Positions 14,231 to 25,781 of a stretch of DNA of 64,000 nt are shown here, one piece after another (the first letter of the stretch is position 1; the number at the start of each line of letters is the position of its first letter). This DNA is from Octopus bimaculoides (taxonomy: Eukaryota), in assembly GCF_001194135.2 (NCBI RefSeq), contig NC_068983.1:149458958-149522957 (forward strand). The letters run 5' to 3'. The notes under the pieces were generated by a model that did no database searches, was not told the DNA's origin, and saw nothing but the letters and a program-made list of their open reading frames with translations. The position numbers and the translations under genes were made by a program.

Positions 14231-14660
14231 GAGGCATGGCTGTGTGGTAAGAAGCTTGCTTCCCAATCACATCATTCCAGGTTCAGTCCCACTACATGAC
14301 AACTTGGGCAAGTGTCTTTTACTTTAGCCAAGGGATGACCAAAGCCTTGTGAGTGGATCTGGAAGACAGAAACTGAAAGAATCACATCATATATATATAT
14401 CTAGCCCATCACCTATATTATCTGTGTGTGTGTGTGTGTGTCTTTGTGTCTCTGTTTGTCCCCCACCACTACTTGACAACTAGTGTTGGTGTGTTATGTC
14501 CCCATAACTTAGCAGTTCAGCAAAAGTGACCAATAGAATAAGTACCAGGATTTTTAGATAAATAAGTACTGGAATCAATTCATTCAACTAAAAATTCTTC
14601 AATGCAGTATCCCAGCATGGCTGCATTCTAATGACAAAAAAACAAGTAAACAATAAAAGA
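14231..14660 (+). mobile_element. SINE type A
   Basis: Full head gaggcatggctgtgtggtaagaagc through the tail cccagcatggctgcattc. Confidence 0.85.
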
Positions 14661-14797
14661 TAATAACTTCTAAATATCATGTCATTCTGTTTATCATCTC
14701 TATAAAAGCATGGCTTTGAGATTATTACTAATACATGAATTTGTTAAGAAAGTCTTGTGGTTTATATCTTGCAATATTTGAAAATTATTGTTCTGAT

Positions 14798-15583
14798 TTA
14801 AAATCTTTCTTGGATCAACTTTGTTTCATCCCTCAAAATTGATAAAATAAGTACCAGCAATATACTGAAGTCAAGTAATTCACTTATACAGCTTCCATAT
14901 AAAACACAACTCTTCATGTCTTGTACAAATATTTTGCAAGTATCCAATGTTTTCAAAAAAATTACCTGTCTATGTGAATATAGAAAAACCAATACATTTG
15001 TGATAGTAAAACTTCCTCGGTTTTCCTTATATTTTGCCATCTGTTCTGTGAAAGGCATCCTTTTAAAATGCCCATCTATTTCACTTTTCAAGTAAGCATT
15101 TATGTGTATAAAATAGTTATCAAAAACTCCATAGTCTTCTTGATCACAGCAGGCTTGGAGTTAAGTAGTAACTTCATATTCATATGAGTTCTTTCTAAAT
15201 TAGCTGTCAGCCACTACTTTGGTATGGTGCATTTCATTTTTGCAAACTATTTTAGATTTTGCAGTTTTAAAATATTAATTTCTAATAAAGCCATAGGAAA
15301 TAACTAAATCACAATCAAATGTTCTGTCTACAAAATATTTAAGTTATAAGTTAATAAAAAAAGATTTTTAATCTTTCTTTGTGCAACTTCTCCTGGTCTT
15401 TAGGTTCCTGTAGTATAATTCACTCTGTTCCAAACATTCAGACCAGTTTACTTTGCTTGTTTTCCCGGCAAATATTGACTGAAAGAATTTTAGTAGAGCA
15501 GGTAACTCCATCAACTTCACAGGACTGATAAGGCCTACAAAAATCATGGATACTGCCCCCTCATCCTCTTCATATCTTGTCAT
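14798..15583 (-). pseudogene. Decayed reading frame of unknown origin
   Basis: ORFs 15368-15583 and 14798-15091 share one frame. The 262-codon span has only 5 internal stops and no frameshift. Confidence 0.45.
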
Positions 15584-15585
15584 TA

Positions 15586-15907
15586 GTGAAGGTGTATAGC
15601 TTAGTGGTTAAGGTATTTGGCTCGCAATTGTAAGGTCTTGAGTTCAATCCTTGGTGGTGTATTGTGTCCTGGAGCAAGACACTTTATTTCACATTGCTCC
15701 AGTCCACTTAGCTGGCAAAAATAAGAAGTACCTGTATTTCAAAGGGCTAGCCTTGTCATATTTTGTATCATGCTGAATCTCCCTGAGAACTACTTTAAGG
15801 GTATGCATGTCTGTGGAGTGCTCAGCCAGTTACAAGTTGATTTCATGAGCAGACTGTTCTGTTGATCAGATGAACTAGAACGCTCATCATTGTAACCAAC
15901 AGAGTGC
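15586..15907 (+). mobile_element. tRNA-derived SINE, type C
   Basis: Head gtgaaggtgtatagcttagtggttaagg..gagttcaatcc and core ttaagggtatgcatgtctgtggagtgctcagcc. Confidence 0.8.
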
Positions 15908-16779
15908 CTGTTTTGGGTTTTTTTTGGGTTTTTTGGGGTTTTTTTTTTAAAGATCTTATCACCAATATAACATTGTGTCAGAGATCAAAACACTTCAACG
16001 TTCAAGAGTAGAATGGCTCACTACTGCAAATAGCAAGTATAGCACTATTAGCAAATGTTTTTGTTAGCTTATTGTGTTGAGTTCTGGAACTTCTTTAGAC
16101 TACAAGCATGGTATTACTGTACCCATTGTGTCATGTCATTTGGAGTACATAAAATCTGCTTATCTCAGTTCACTTTGAAAATATATTCCACTCCATTTTT
16201 TTTTTTTTTTCTAATTAGTTGGTCAGGGATGGACGGACTGTCAAAACTGGTGGGAAAAAGGGAGGAGGCCATCTTCAAACCAAAGACCATGCCCTGATGC
16301 CTGCAACAAAATGAACCCTGCTAAAATCACACAAAGACCAGATGATGGTGATTAATCAAATAGATTAAATCTACTTCCCTAAATCTCAGAATATAAGGAA
16401 CCAGAACAAATACTGCAAATACTGATGCACTAACAATTCCGCCAATCTACCACTCTGGTCTAGTGCTTTATTTTATCAATCATGTAAAGATAATAGATAA
16501 AGTTGACCTCAGTGAAATTTCACAAATGAGTGATTAACCGTCAGACTATCCAGGTAAAAAAAATGTTACAACAAAGCTGATGGTACATGGACAAAGTGGT
16601 TGTAAAAAAAATCACAGTTTTCATTGTCACTATGGATTATTGTTATTATTTATTGGCAGAATTGTTAGAGTCATTTGACAGAATGCCTTGCCATATTTAT
16701 TCTAATTCTTTGATCTATATTTCATATCTTAATTAACATGTGTAATCTTTCAAACTCCTTACTGAGGTGGTATTGTTTG

Positions 16780-17905
16780 TTGGACAAATTGCATCAATAA
16801 GTATGCAAAATTTTATAACGATATCTAGTTTGCTCCTATCTCTCTATCGTATGTATTTGCAAATTTCAGAGATGTAATCCCACTGTTTTCATTTTCCGCA
16901 ACTGTCTCTGATGTAAACTTGTACCATTTCTCTGATGTAAATTTTGATTTACTTGCATATTTCCCACATGTAGGTAGCTACCTCGTTATGTCCCCTGAAG
17001 CATTATGAATTGACCACAAATGTGGTATTTAAGTTGACATTTTGCTTCAGTATATAATTTTGTTTGATGTCTAATCAGGAGGTACTAATCCTGGAAATCA
17101 TAGGCACTCAATTTTCCCTATTTGGAACCTGATGTAGCTCTATTGTTTATTGCAATTGGGTTTATTTAATCAATCTAGGAATCTGCTATGAAATGGTTTT
17201 AATTTCCATCCCTTCATCTTCTCAACTGTTTTGTATTTTACTTATTTCTTTAATTTTTTTCCTTACTTAATCTATGTACTTCTGCTAAATATTTCAGTAA
17301 TTCTTTGTCTAGTGAATACAAGGTTTTGATTTTGTCATGTTTTATAATTACTTAAAACAGAATGCTTTCTATTTGTATAGTTTTTTTCTCATTCTTTAAA
17401 ATTTTTTATGTGACAACAAGTCTCTAATCCAGCTGAAGAGAATTTAAAGACCATTCTTAGTTATATAAGGTCCCTTCCTCCATTATGTCTTTTTGGATAA
17501 TGTAATCTAAATTCTGTAGTTTACCCATGCCATCACTAAATTTTTGTGTCTCTTCTTGCAGTCAGCCAGGGGTAGTCTTACCGATTACTAATTGATCCTT
17601 CGTTCCTCTGCTCTTACGTCTACACCCCTTTTGTTCCACTGGTAGTAGGTCATTCTCATCTAGTTACTTATAGATATTGCTTGATATGATGGCTGTCATC
17701 AGTTTCCACATCAGTGGCAAACAAAATATTGGTCGGAAATTTCCAACCGCATTCCCTTTACTTGGGTCCTTCTGGCATTGTGCCATTCTTTCTTTTTGTC
17801 ATCCAGGCCGGTACTTGGATGCCACTACTTAGTATTTCATCCTGCTGTCTCACAATTCTCCTGTGCAGAGCTGTCAAGTTTTTAAGCTAAAAGCCCTGAA
17901 CCCCG
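16780..17905 (-). mobile_element. Decayed R4/Dong-like LINE remnant
   Basis: Minus-strand peptides [67 protein letters not shown] and ETVAENE. Confidence 0.75.
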
Positions 17906-17906
17906 T

Positions 17907-17926
17907 TATTATTATTATTATTATTA

Positions 17927-17969
<43 letters not shown>
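17907..17969. repeat. (ATT)n microsatellite
   Basis: Seen directly, with one interruption. Confidence 0.95.
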
Positions 17970-17970
<1 letters not shown>

Positions 17971-18204
17971 GGTGGCAAGCTGACAGAATCATTAGCTTGT
18001 CAAGCCAAATGCTTAATAGCATTTCATCCATCTTTATTTTCTGAGTTCAAATTCTGCCAAGGTCAATTTTGCCTCTCATCTTTTCAGGGTCAGTAGAATA
18101 AGTACTAGTTGGTCACTAGGGACGATGTAATCAACTAGTCCCCTCCCCCCAAATTACTGGCTTTGTGCCAAAATTTGAAATCATCATCAGCTTTATTATT
18201 ATTA

Positions 18205-18250
<46 letters not shown>

Positions 18251-18485
18251 TCTATAGTGAACTGGCAGAATTGTTAGTGCATTTGAAGAAATGCTTGAAC
18301 AAAATTGTTTAGTATCATTTCTTCCTGCTCTTTACATTCCAAGTTAACACCCAGCCAAGGTCAACCTTGCCTTTCATCCTTATAGGGTCAATAAAATAAA
18401 GTACCAGTCAAGAACTAAAGTCAATGTAATCAACTTATCTCCTCCCCTACAGATTGTTGGTCTTTTGCCAAAATTTGATAGTGTT
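17969..18485 (+). mobile_element. Two adjacent SINEs of type D (core ggtcaac/ttttgcctttcatcc..aataagtaccag) separated by (ATT)n
   Basis: Homologous units at about 17969-18190 and 18255-18485. Related fragments occur near 4.8, 9.0, 13.9, 16.4, 29.0, 43.3, 44.8 and 47.1 kb. Confidence 0.75.
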
Positions 18486-18844
18486 ATTATTATTATTTTA
18501 GCGATCACAAGTTCAATCATATAACTAGTTTAATCTGCTTAAGTTCATCATTAAGTACACGCTATATATATGTAAGTATTTATGGACGTAAGGTGAAATG
18601 TAAATTGCTTATTTATTATAAATCCACATCTGCTTGCATTAGATAGTACATGTTATATCAGTGCAGTATCATTGAACTCCAGTGTAAATGTTGAAAAAAT
18701 CATTTTCAACAGGCATTTAGACAACTGAGTTTAGTTGAATAGGATTAGGGGCCATGGACATCATGTATTTGGTTGGGGTGGGGGCTGTTACAGTATTGGC
18801 AGATAAAATTTCACGATACAGAAATTTAGTTCTCAGTTGTTATT

Positions 18845-19211
18845 GGCACTCCGTCGGTTACGACGTCGGGGGTTCCAGTTGATTCGATCAACGGAACAGC
18901 CTGCTCGTGAAATTAACGTGCAAGTGGCTGAGCACTCCACAGACACATGTACCCTTAACGTAGTTCTTGGGGATATTCAGCATGACAGTGTGACAAGGCT
19001 GACCCATTTGAATTACAGGTACAACAGAAACAGGAAGTAAGAGTGAGAGAAAGTTGTGGTGAAAGAGTACAGCAGGGTTCGCCACCATCCCCTGCCGGAG
19101 CCTCGTGGAGCTTTAGGTGTTTTCGCTCAATAAACACTCACAACGTTCGGTCTGGGAATCAAAACCGTGATCTTATGACTGCGAGTCCACTGTCTTAACC
19201 ACTGGGCCATT
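18845..19211 (-). mobile_element. tRNA-derived SINE sharing the type C 3' core, CpG-rich
   Basis: Minus-strand head gtggaggagcaatggcccagtggttaag and the same core as 15745-15907. Confidence 0.8.
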
Positions 19212-19483
19212 GCTCCTCCACTAGTTCTCAGTACCCATCTATTTATCAACATTGTACAACCAAATAGTTCAGGATTGGTTGTCCATAGGAACTAAAGACA
19301 GTCAATCCTGATAATCTTGCTCTCATACAGTCTGCTGAAGGATTGCAGAAAATATACCTTATATGAAAGGATGGTCAAGAGCCTGTGGTCTGCAGACGCC
19401 TGGTGGTCCAAAAAGGTAGTACTGGGGGTCTGTGAACTAAATTCAAAATTTCATATGTGTATGTGTGTGTGTGTGTGTGAAGG

Positions 19484-19675
19484 AGTGGCTGTGTGGTAAG
19501 AAGCTTGCTTCCTAACCACATGGTTCCGGGTTCAGTCCTACTGCATGGCACCTTGGGCAAGTGTCTTCGACTATAGCCTCGGGCCGACCAAAGCCTTGTG
19601 AGTGGATTTTGGTAGACTGAAACTGAAAGAAGCCAGTTTTGTGTATATATACATATTTATATATTTGTGTGTGTA
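19484..19675 (+). mobile_element. SINE head of type A/F running into the gap
   Basis: Near-consensus ggagtggctgtgtggtaagaagcttgcttcctaaccacatggttccgggttcagtcc. Confidence 0.85.
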
Positions 19676-20072
19676 NNNNNNNNNNNNNNNNNNNNNNNNN
19701 NNNNNNNNNNNNNNNNNNNNNNNNNNNNNNNNNNNNNNNNNNNNNNNNNNNNNNNNNNNNNNNNNNNNNNNNNNNNNNNNNNNNNNNNNNNNNNNNNNNN
19801 NNNNNNNNNNNNNNNNNNNNNNNNNNNNNNNNNNNNNNNNNNNNNNNNNNNNNNNNNNNNNNNNNNNNNNNNNNNNNNNNNNNNNNNNNNNNNNNNNNNN
19901 NNNNNNNNNNNNNNNNNNNNNNNNNNNNNNNNNNNNNNNNNNNNNNNNNNNNNNNNNNNNNNNNNNNNNNNNNNNNNNNNNNNNNNNNNNNNNNNNNNNN
20001 NNNNNNNNNNNNNNNNNNNNNNNNNNNNNNNNNNNNNNNNNNNNNNNNNNNNNNNNNNNNNNNNNNNNNNNN
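19676..20072. other. Assembly gap (397 N)
   Basis: N run flanked by TA/TG microsatellites. Confidence 1.
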
Positions 20073-20154
20073 ATATATATATATATGTGTGTGTGTGTCT
20101 TTCTCTCTTTCTCTATATATATATATAGAGAGAGAGAGAGAGAAAGAGAGAGGT

Positions 20155-20850
20155 AGCAGAGCAGATGCTAAAAACTACAGGCCCATCTCCCTGACCTCAC
20201 ATGTTAGCAAGACAAAGGAACACATTGTCAGAAAAAGGCTAATCTACTCCTATGGAAGACTTTTGTTCTCAGCCACTTGGACTACTGCTCCCAACTTTGG
20301 TCCCCAGAGAATGTGAAACAAACTGGAACTCAAAGCAATCCAGCGCAAATACACAAACAAGATTGACTTGATGCAAAAGATGGGCTACTGGGAGGGGCTA
20401 AAAGAGCTGAGTCTCTATTCCCTGGAGAGAAGACAAGAGAGATATGCAGTGATATATATTTGGAAGATCTTGGAGGGTTTAGCTCCCAATTTTGGAATTG
20501 ACAGCTATACAAATCCTTGAACTGGACAGCACTGCATCATACCAAAGATCCCGTCTTCCCCATCTAAAATAATGATACAGTACTGCAATAGTCTGGGTTT
20601 CAAGGGCCCGCAATTGTTCAACATCCTTCCAGGCAACATTAGAGATCTTCATGGTGTTGATGTGGAAGTTTTCAAGGACCGTCTGGACAGGTTTCTATCT
20701 GAGATACCAGATGAACCCACATCATGGCAGGAGATGCAAAGAAGAGCAGCTCCATCCAACTCACTACTTCATCAAAAACAATATTGGAAACAACACTGAG
20801 TAACTACAGGTGGTGCACCAGCATGACCTCAGCCTTGTAAAAGGTAAAAG
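20155..20850 (+). mobile_element. CR1-like LINE 3' fragment with internal deletion
   Basis: NYRPISLTSHVSK joined to LLWKTFVLSHLDYCSQLWSP, then LYSLERRQERYAVIYIWKILEGL, GPQLFNILP and SNSLL. Confidence 0.85.
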
Positions 20851-20879
20851 ATATATATCTATATAAGGAGAGTGGCACC

Positions 20880-21243
20880 ATTTGAGCATAATCGGTACCA
20901 GCATTTCCTCTAGCGCTTGTGCTGGTGGCACGTTTAGAAAATCATCCGAGCGAGGTCATTGCCAGGGCCGCTGGACTGGTTCCCATGCAAGTGGCACATA
21001 AAAAACACCTTTTTGAGCATGGCTGTTGCCAGTACTGTGTGACTGGCCCTCATGCCTGTGGCACGTAAAAGCACCCACTACACTCTCGGAGTGGTTGGCG
21101 TTAGGAAGGGCATCCAGCTGTAGAAACTGCCAGATCAGATTGGAGCTTGGTGCAGCCTTGTGGCTTACCAGTCCTCAGTCAAATCGTCCAACCCATACTA
21201 GCATGGAAAGTGGACGTTAAATGATGATGATGATGATGATGAA
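20880..21243 (+). mobile_element. RTE 3'-tail copy
   Basis: Homologous to the RTE 3'UTR and ends in (GAT)n. Confidence 0.85.
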
Positions 21244-21619
21244 TCATATTAAAAGGGGGCTGTGAGAAAACTCATTTAAATAAAAGGAGTCTTTGATAGT
21301 GAAAAGGTTGGGAACCACTGGGCTCAAGTCAAAAAGATAAAGTCAACATAGCAAACTGCTAGCTATTAACAGAGAACATCAAATCCTTGTATCACATAGA
21401 AAATGAATAAGTAGGACTTGAATACTGTGCAAGTGAGGTGTATACTAAATGTGCAATGAGATGTGTGGCAAATTATTAGATTATCAGAACTTTTGATGTT
21501 ATATATTCATAGGAGTGGTCAGCCACAGAAGAGAAGAACCTATAAAATAAAAGAAAAAAATGAAATTAAACAGCTTTCAAAACACAGTTAATCATTTTTA
21601 TTACTTAGTTAATCTAATT

Positions 21620-21950
21620 AGTTAGCAGGTACAGCTGTAGTGAAAGCATAGTTGTAGTGGAAGAGGTGAAAGAAATTATCTTGGTAGGTAGCAAGGAGTT
21701 TTTCTCTTCACATGAAAGGCCGACTAGATGAAGTGTGCTGAAGATGCATGATGCTAATGAGTTATGGGTATCATCAAGTACAAATGATCTGCAGAAGACA
21801 GACTTATCCTTCAGATATATAAAGTTTATTTGTATTAAAAAGCATTGCACAAGTGAGCTGAGAGAGGAGCCAAGCAGTAAAAGCATCAGCTAAAGTGTGC
21901 AGGACATAATTATTCTGAAGTGGATGTATAGTGCAAATAATCTATTAAAA
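21620..21950 (+). mobile_element. Old RTE LINE fragment
   Basis: The degenerate translation SFSLHMKGRLDEVC resembles SLSLRVKGRLYDAC in the RTE at 36.8 kb. Confidence 0.5.
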
Positions 21951-22091
21951 TGAGCCACTATTGCTGTTAGTAGAGGGATAATAAATTTTAGGAATTCGCC
22001 CCTGATTTTATCATCCAATGCAGTTAGTTCATTGTGTCCACAAACTGGAAAATCTATCTTAGCAAGTATTTATCTAGTAGTCTATCTAGAG

Positions 22092-22404
22092 CATAGATTC
22101 TCAAAGTGGGCGCTACCACCCCCAGTGGATATTGAGACGGGCAGGTGGGTGCCGGTGCCTAAGGGGACGGGGGGGGGAGTAGAGAAAAAGGAGGCATTGG
22201 GAGGAAGGCAGTGGATTGGGGGACGCTATGAATTTATTATAGTGTTGTATGCAAATTATATAATATATTAAATATCAAATGATTCATAGTATATATAAAT
22301 TAGTAAAGTATAAAATATTTATCTATACATAAAAATAGGGTGGAGGTGCGGAGGGTACTATGTGGCCATGATGGGGTGGGGCCCAAAAAGTTTGAGAACC
22401 TCTG
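22092..22404. mobile_element. hAT (Charlie-like) MITE
   Basis: Imperfect TIRs catagattctcaaa / tttgagaacctctg with an exact 8-bp TSD atctagag at 22084-22091 and 22405-22412. Confidence 0.85.
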
Positions 22405-23041
22405 ATCTAGAGGGATATTTCTTTCGCAGTTGCTTAAGTCTTTATGTAAACTATATTGATCCTATAATGTGAAGAGCTTAAAGAAACTTGACTTATCCGT
22501 ATTTTCAGTTAGTGTCTCACATTTCCATACCTCTATCATTAGTGTTGAAAATTTTTACACATTTGTTGTTCTTTGAAAGGAATATTTTTATCTAATAGCA
22601 AGCATTATGAAGTGTCATTACAGTTCAAGGCAAATCCATGAGTGGTTTTGATTCCTAGACAAAGCCATTTTGATTCAGAAATTTGAGGCCACATGCTTTA
22701 TAAATCTGAAGCTAAATGCCTTTGTAAGAAATCAATGTTTTTATTTGACTTGAAAGGTTGGTTGTTTATTATTGTTTGTCTGTGGATTTCAACTAAAAAT
22801 GATGATGGAAGAGTATTAGGTGAATGGATTCAGTTTTTGTTATTAAAATGTTTCCCCAACTAAAATAAAGCTTGAAGTGAACATTTCAAATTATCAACTA
22901 CTTAAGCATTTAACTTTAAAAGCTTTAACCTTTTAGCTTTAACTAAAAAGATGCTTTTTTTTTTTTGCTTTTTTATTGATTCCTTTTAATTTTCTTCTTG
23001 TAACTAAAGCTTAAACTTCATTCTGTGAGAAATACATGTAT

Positions 23042-23269
23042 TTAACCCTTTTGTCACCATATTTCAGTTGAGATGTTCTGTGTTTCTTTCAATTAATTTT
23101 AAATATAACAAAGAATTTAGTAAAATAATTTAGTCATCATTAAGCTATTGTTAGGAGCATAAATTGTGACTAAGATTTGGTGGAATATTTCAATTCAGAA
23201 CTTTTGAAAACAAGACATTTGTACTACAGAGCTAGAGGCAGTTTCAAGTGGGTTGGTATCAAAAGGGTT
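23042..23269. mobile_element. piggyBac-like MITE, family 1
   Basis: Ends ttaacccttttgtcacca ... tggtatcaaaagggtt (TTAA-CCC type termini). Confidence 0.7.
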
Positions 23270-24007
23270 TCCTCCAATGATTTTTAACTAACAGCAAAAC
23301 TGCAGTGAAAATCCTTGCTTTGATGTGAACTGTAAAATGTTTTGTATTAAAAAAAACTACCATTGTCTTCATTTATTTAGTTATATATTAGGAATGGAAA
23401 GTGTTTCATTGTTTACTGGACTAACACTGGGCTAACATAAAACAGCTTTATTATTCTCCCTGTTTGTATTATGTCTGGAAGATATTTCTCTGCTGTGTTG
23501 ATTTCATAGGCTATTGCAGTATGCAGCTCTCTGACAGATAATTCTCCTGCAGGAAAAGATCAATATATTTTCCCAATATCATCTTTAGAATTGCCACAAT
23601 TAAGCTCAGTTTTAGTTACTGTTGTTCAACTGTATACTATCTACTGAAAAATTCATTCCAATTTTATCCTGAGAAAGCAGGGTAGAAAATAAAGCTAATA
23701 ATTAGTTTTCTCCTTGCTACACCAAGTCTCTAATACATTGATGGGCTCTTGTAATTGCATCTAACTAGTTTAGTAATTGAAAGAGTACAATGTTAGTGAA
23801 TATGTGTGTAATGGAGGTTATCTAATTATTAGTTGATTTCTTTGTTGAAATCCAGTGAGTGTTAAATGAGAAAAGTAATTACATTTTGGAAAACAACTTT
23901 TTCAAAAAAAAAAAAGTCTTTATCCTTATCATCCTTGCTATTTGTGACCAAGGGAGTATTGTATTTTGGTGGTGGTGGTTGGTATCAGCAGTATTGATAT
24001 CACCACT

Positions 24008-24044
<37 letters not shown>

Positions 24045-24060
24045 CAGCAGCAGCAGCAGC
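24008..24060. repeat. Compound (GTA)n(GCA)n microsatellite
   Basis: Seen directly. Confidence 0.95.
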
Positions 24061-24239
24061 TACTGTTTTGTGGGGGTTTTTGTATTGTTGTCCCGATAAG
24101 TTCTATTGAGCAGGCTATATTCAGTTTGTCAGTTGAAAGGTTTAGTAGTGACTACAGCCAGAAGTCGCTATTAAAGATGATTCTTGCTGTAGTCATCAAA
24201 GCAGTTGAGGTGCAAATAATATTGTTCCAGCTTTTGAGA

Positions 24240-24665
24240 AGGGATAGACATGACTGTCTGGTGAAGAAGTTCACTTCTCCAATCATATGATTTTGAGCAG
24301 GTGTCTTATACTATAGCTTCCAAGTCAACCAAAGTGAGAGAAGCCTGCAGTGAAGTCTGTCACATATGTATGTAGATAGACATATATATGTATGTATGTA
24401 GATAGGTAGATGTGTGTGCATATGTGCATCAATGTGTTGTACCCTACAACAGTAACTTCATGCACTGCTGTTGTCACTCTTCCAGTCAACAACTTGTCCT
24501 CTTGCTTCATGCTTTTGCAGACTTGTGAAAGAAGAGATTTCTTATTTGAGAAACAGATAAGGGTTCACAACAGGAAAGGCATCCTGCTATCAAACAATAC
24601 CTCAATAATATTTTTGTCTAAACCATGCAAGCATACAAAAATGGATATAAAACTAATAAACAGAG
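24240..24665 (+). mobile_element. SINE type F, diverged
   Basis: Degenerate head plus gggttcacaacaggaaaggcatcc...ccatgcaagcat. Confidence 0.55.
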
Positions 24666-25732
24666 ATTGGGTTTAACAGCTAAGCAACTGAAAGTGCTAT
24701 TTTATTTGATGTTTTTCTGCATGTCAACACTGATGAAGGTGAAGACGTGATTATTTTGTCTTTTATTCAAATACAGTGTAGCTAGTCAGCATTATTCAGT
24801 AAGTCATTAACATTTTTGTTACTTTTTTAATAGGTTGAGTGACTGCATAAAGGCCTCCATAGTTCATATTTAAAGAGCTGTTAGTAATTTTAGGATGTTG
24901 ATGACAATGATGGTGATAGTGTTCATGTGTTTCATTAAGGTTTCCATTAATAAGTGTTTATTTTAAAATCTGTTTATTTTTGTAATAGAATTATGCCTCT
25001 GAATTTATTGCACTTGTCAAATATATAGCTTACATTTATTGTGCAGTTGATGTGTGTTTGTATTTGTAAGCAATCTGTTAGCATAATAATAGATAAAGAT
25101 AGTAAATGGGTGGTTTAAAAAAACTACACTAATTATTACAAGCTTGTGAGCTCAGACCAAGCTGCAGCTTCTGCATTAGAAATCTTATTACTCCTTAACT
25201 CAATGTGCATAACTATGAAATACTGTCACTATTCATTTCATGGTTGGATGGTTATCATTCAATAGTTATTCATATGTAAACCCTATCATTCAGCTGCTAG
25301 TTTTGAGAAACAAGTAAAACATCATTAAAACACTATTATTACTCACAAGCTGGTTAGTGAAAGTATTTCTGTGAAAATTTTTCTATGACAATGTTCATCT
25401 TGTGTGCAACAGTTTATATAAAAAAACTCTTGTGTTCTGAGAGTGTCAAAAGAACATTATTTCATACCTTGGTAATTTATTAAGTGATTTGTAATTGATT
25501 ACTGAAGGATAAGATTAGCTACCTACCAGCCAGCACTTAACCTAGTTTTTGCTGATGCAGAATTCAATATTTCAAGTGTAGGAATCTTTTGAAACAACAT
25601 CCTATAGAATAAAAGCATCATGTTTGAATGGCATCTTAAGAATAAAAAAGGTTGTAACCAAACGTTATGTCTGATTTTTGTTTCAGTGAATATTTTTGAA
25701 TATTTTCATTTTACATTATTTTACACACACAC

Positions 25733-25781
<49 letters not shown>

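Noticed and set aside
15586-15660. tRNA-like sequences (also 19140-19211, 55251-55320 and type A heads)
   Set aside because: A/B-box-like heads continue into SINE bodies and do not form clean cloverleafs, so they are not tRNA genes.
19602-20316. Long ORFs in the track across the first gap (also 42002-42560)
   Set aside because: Artefacts of N runs and microsatellites. Only the CR1 portion after 20155 is meaningful.
23510-23518. 9-nt phase-1 microexon candidate
   Set aside because: Modest donor GTATGC and no independent support in a 29-kb intron.
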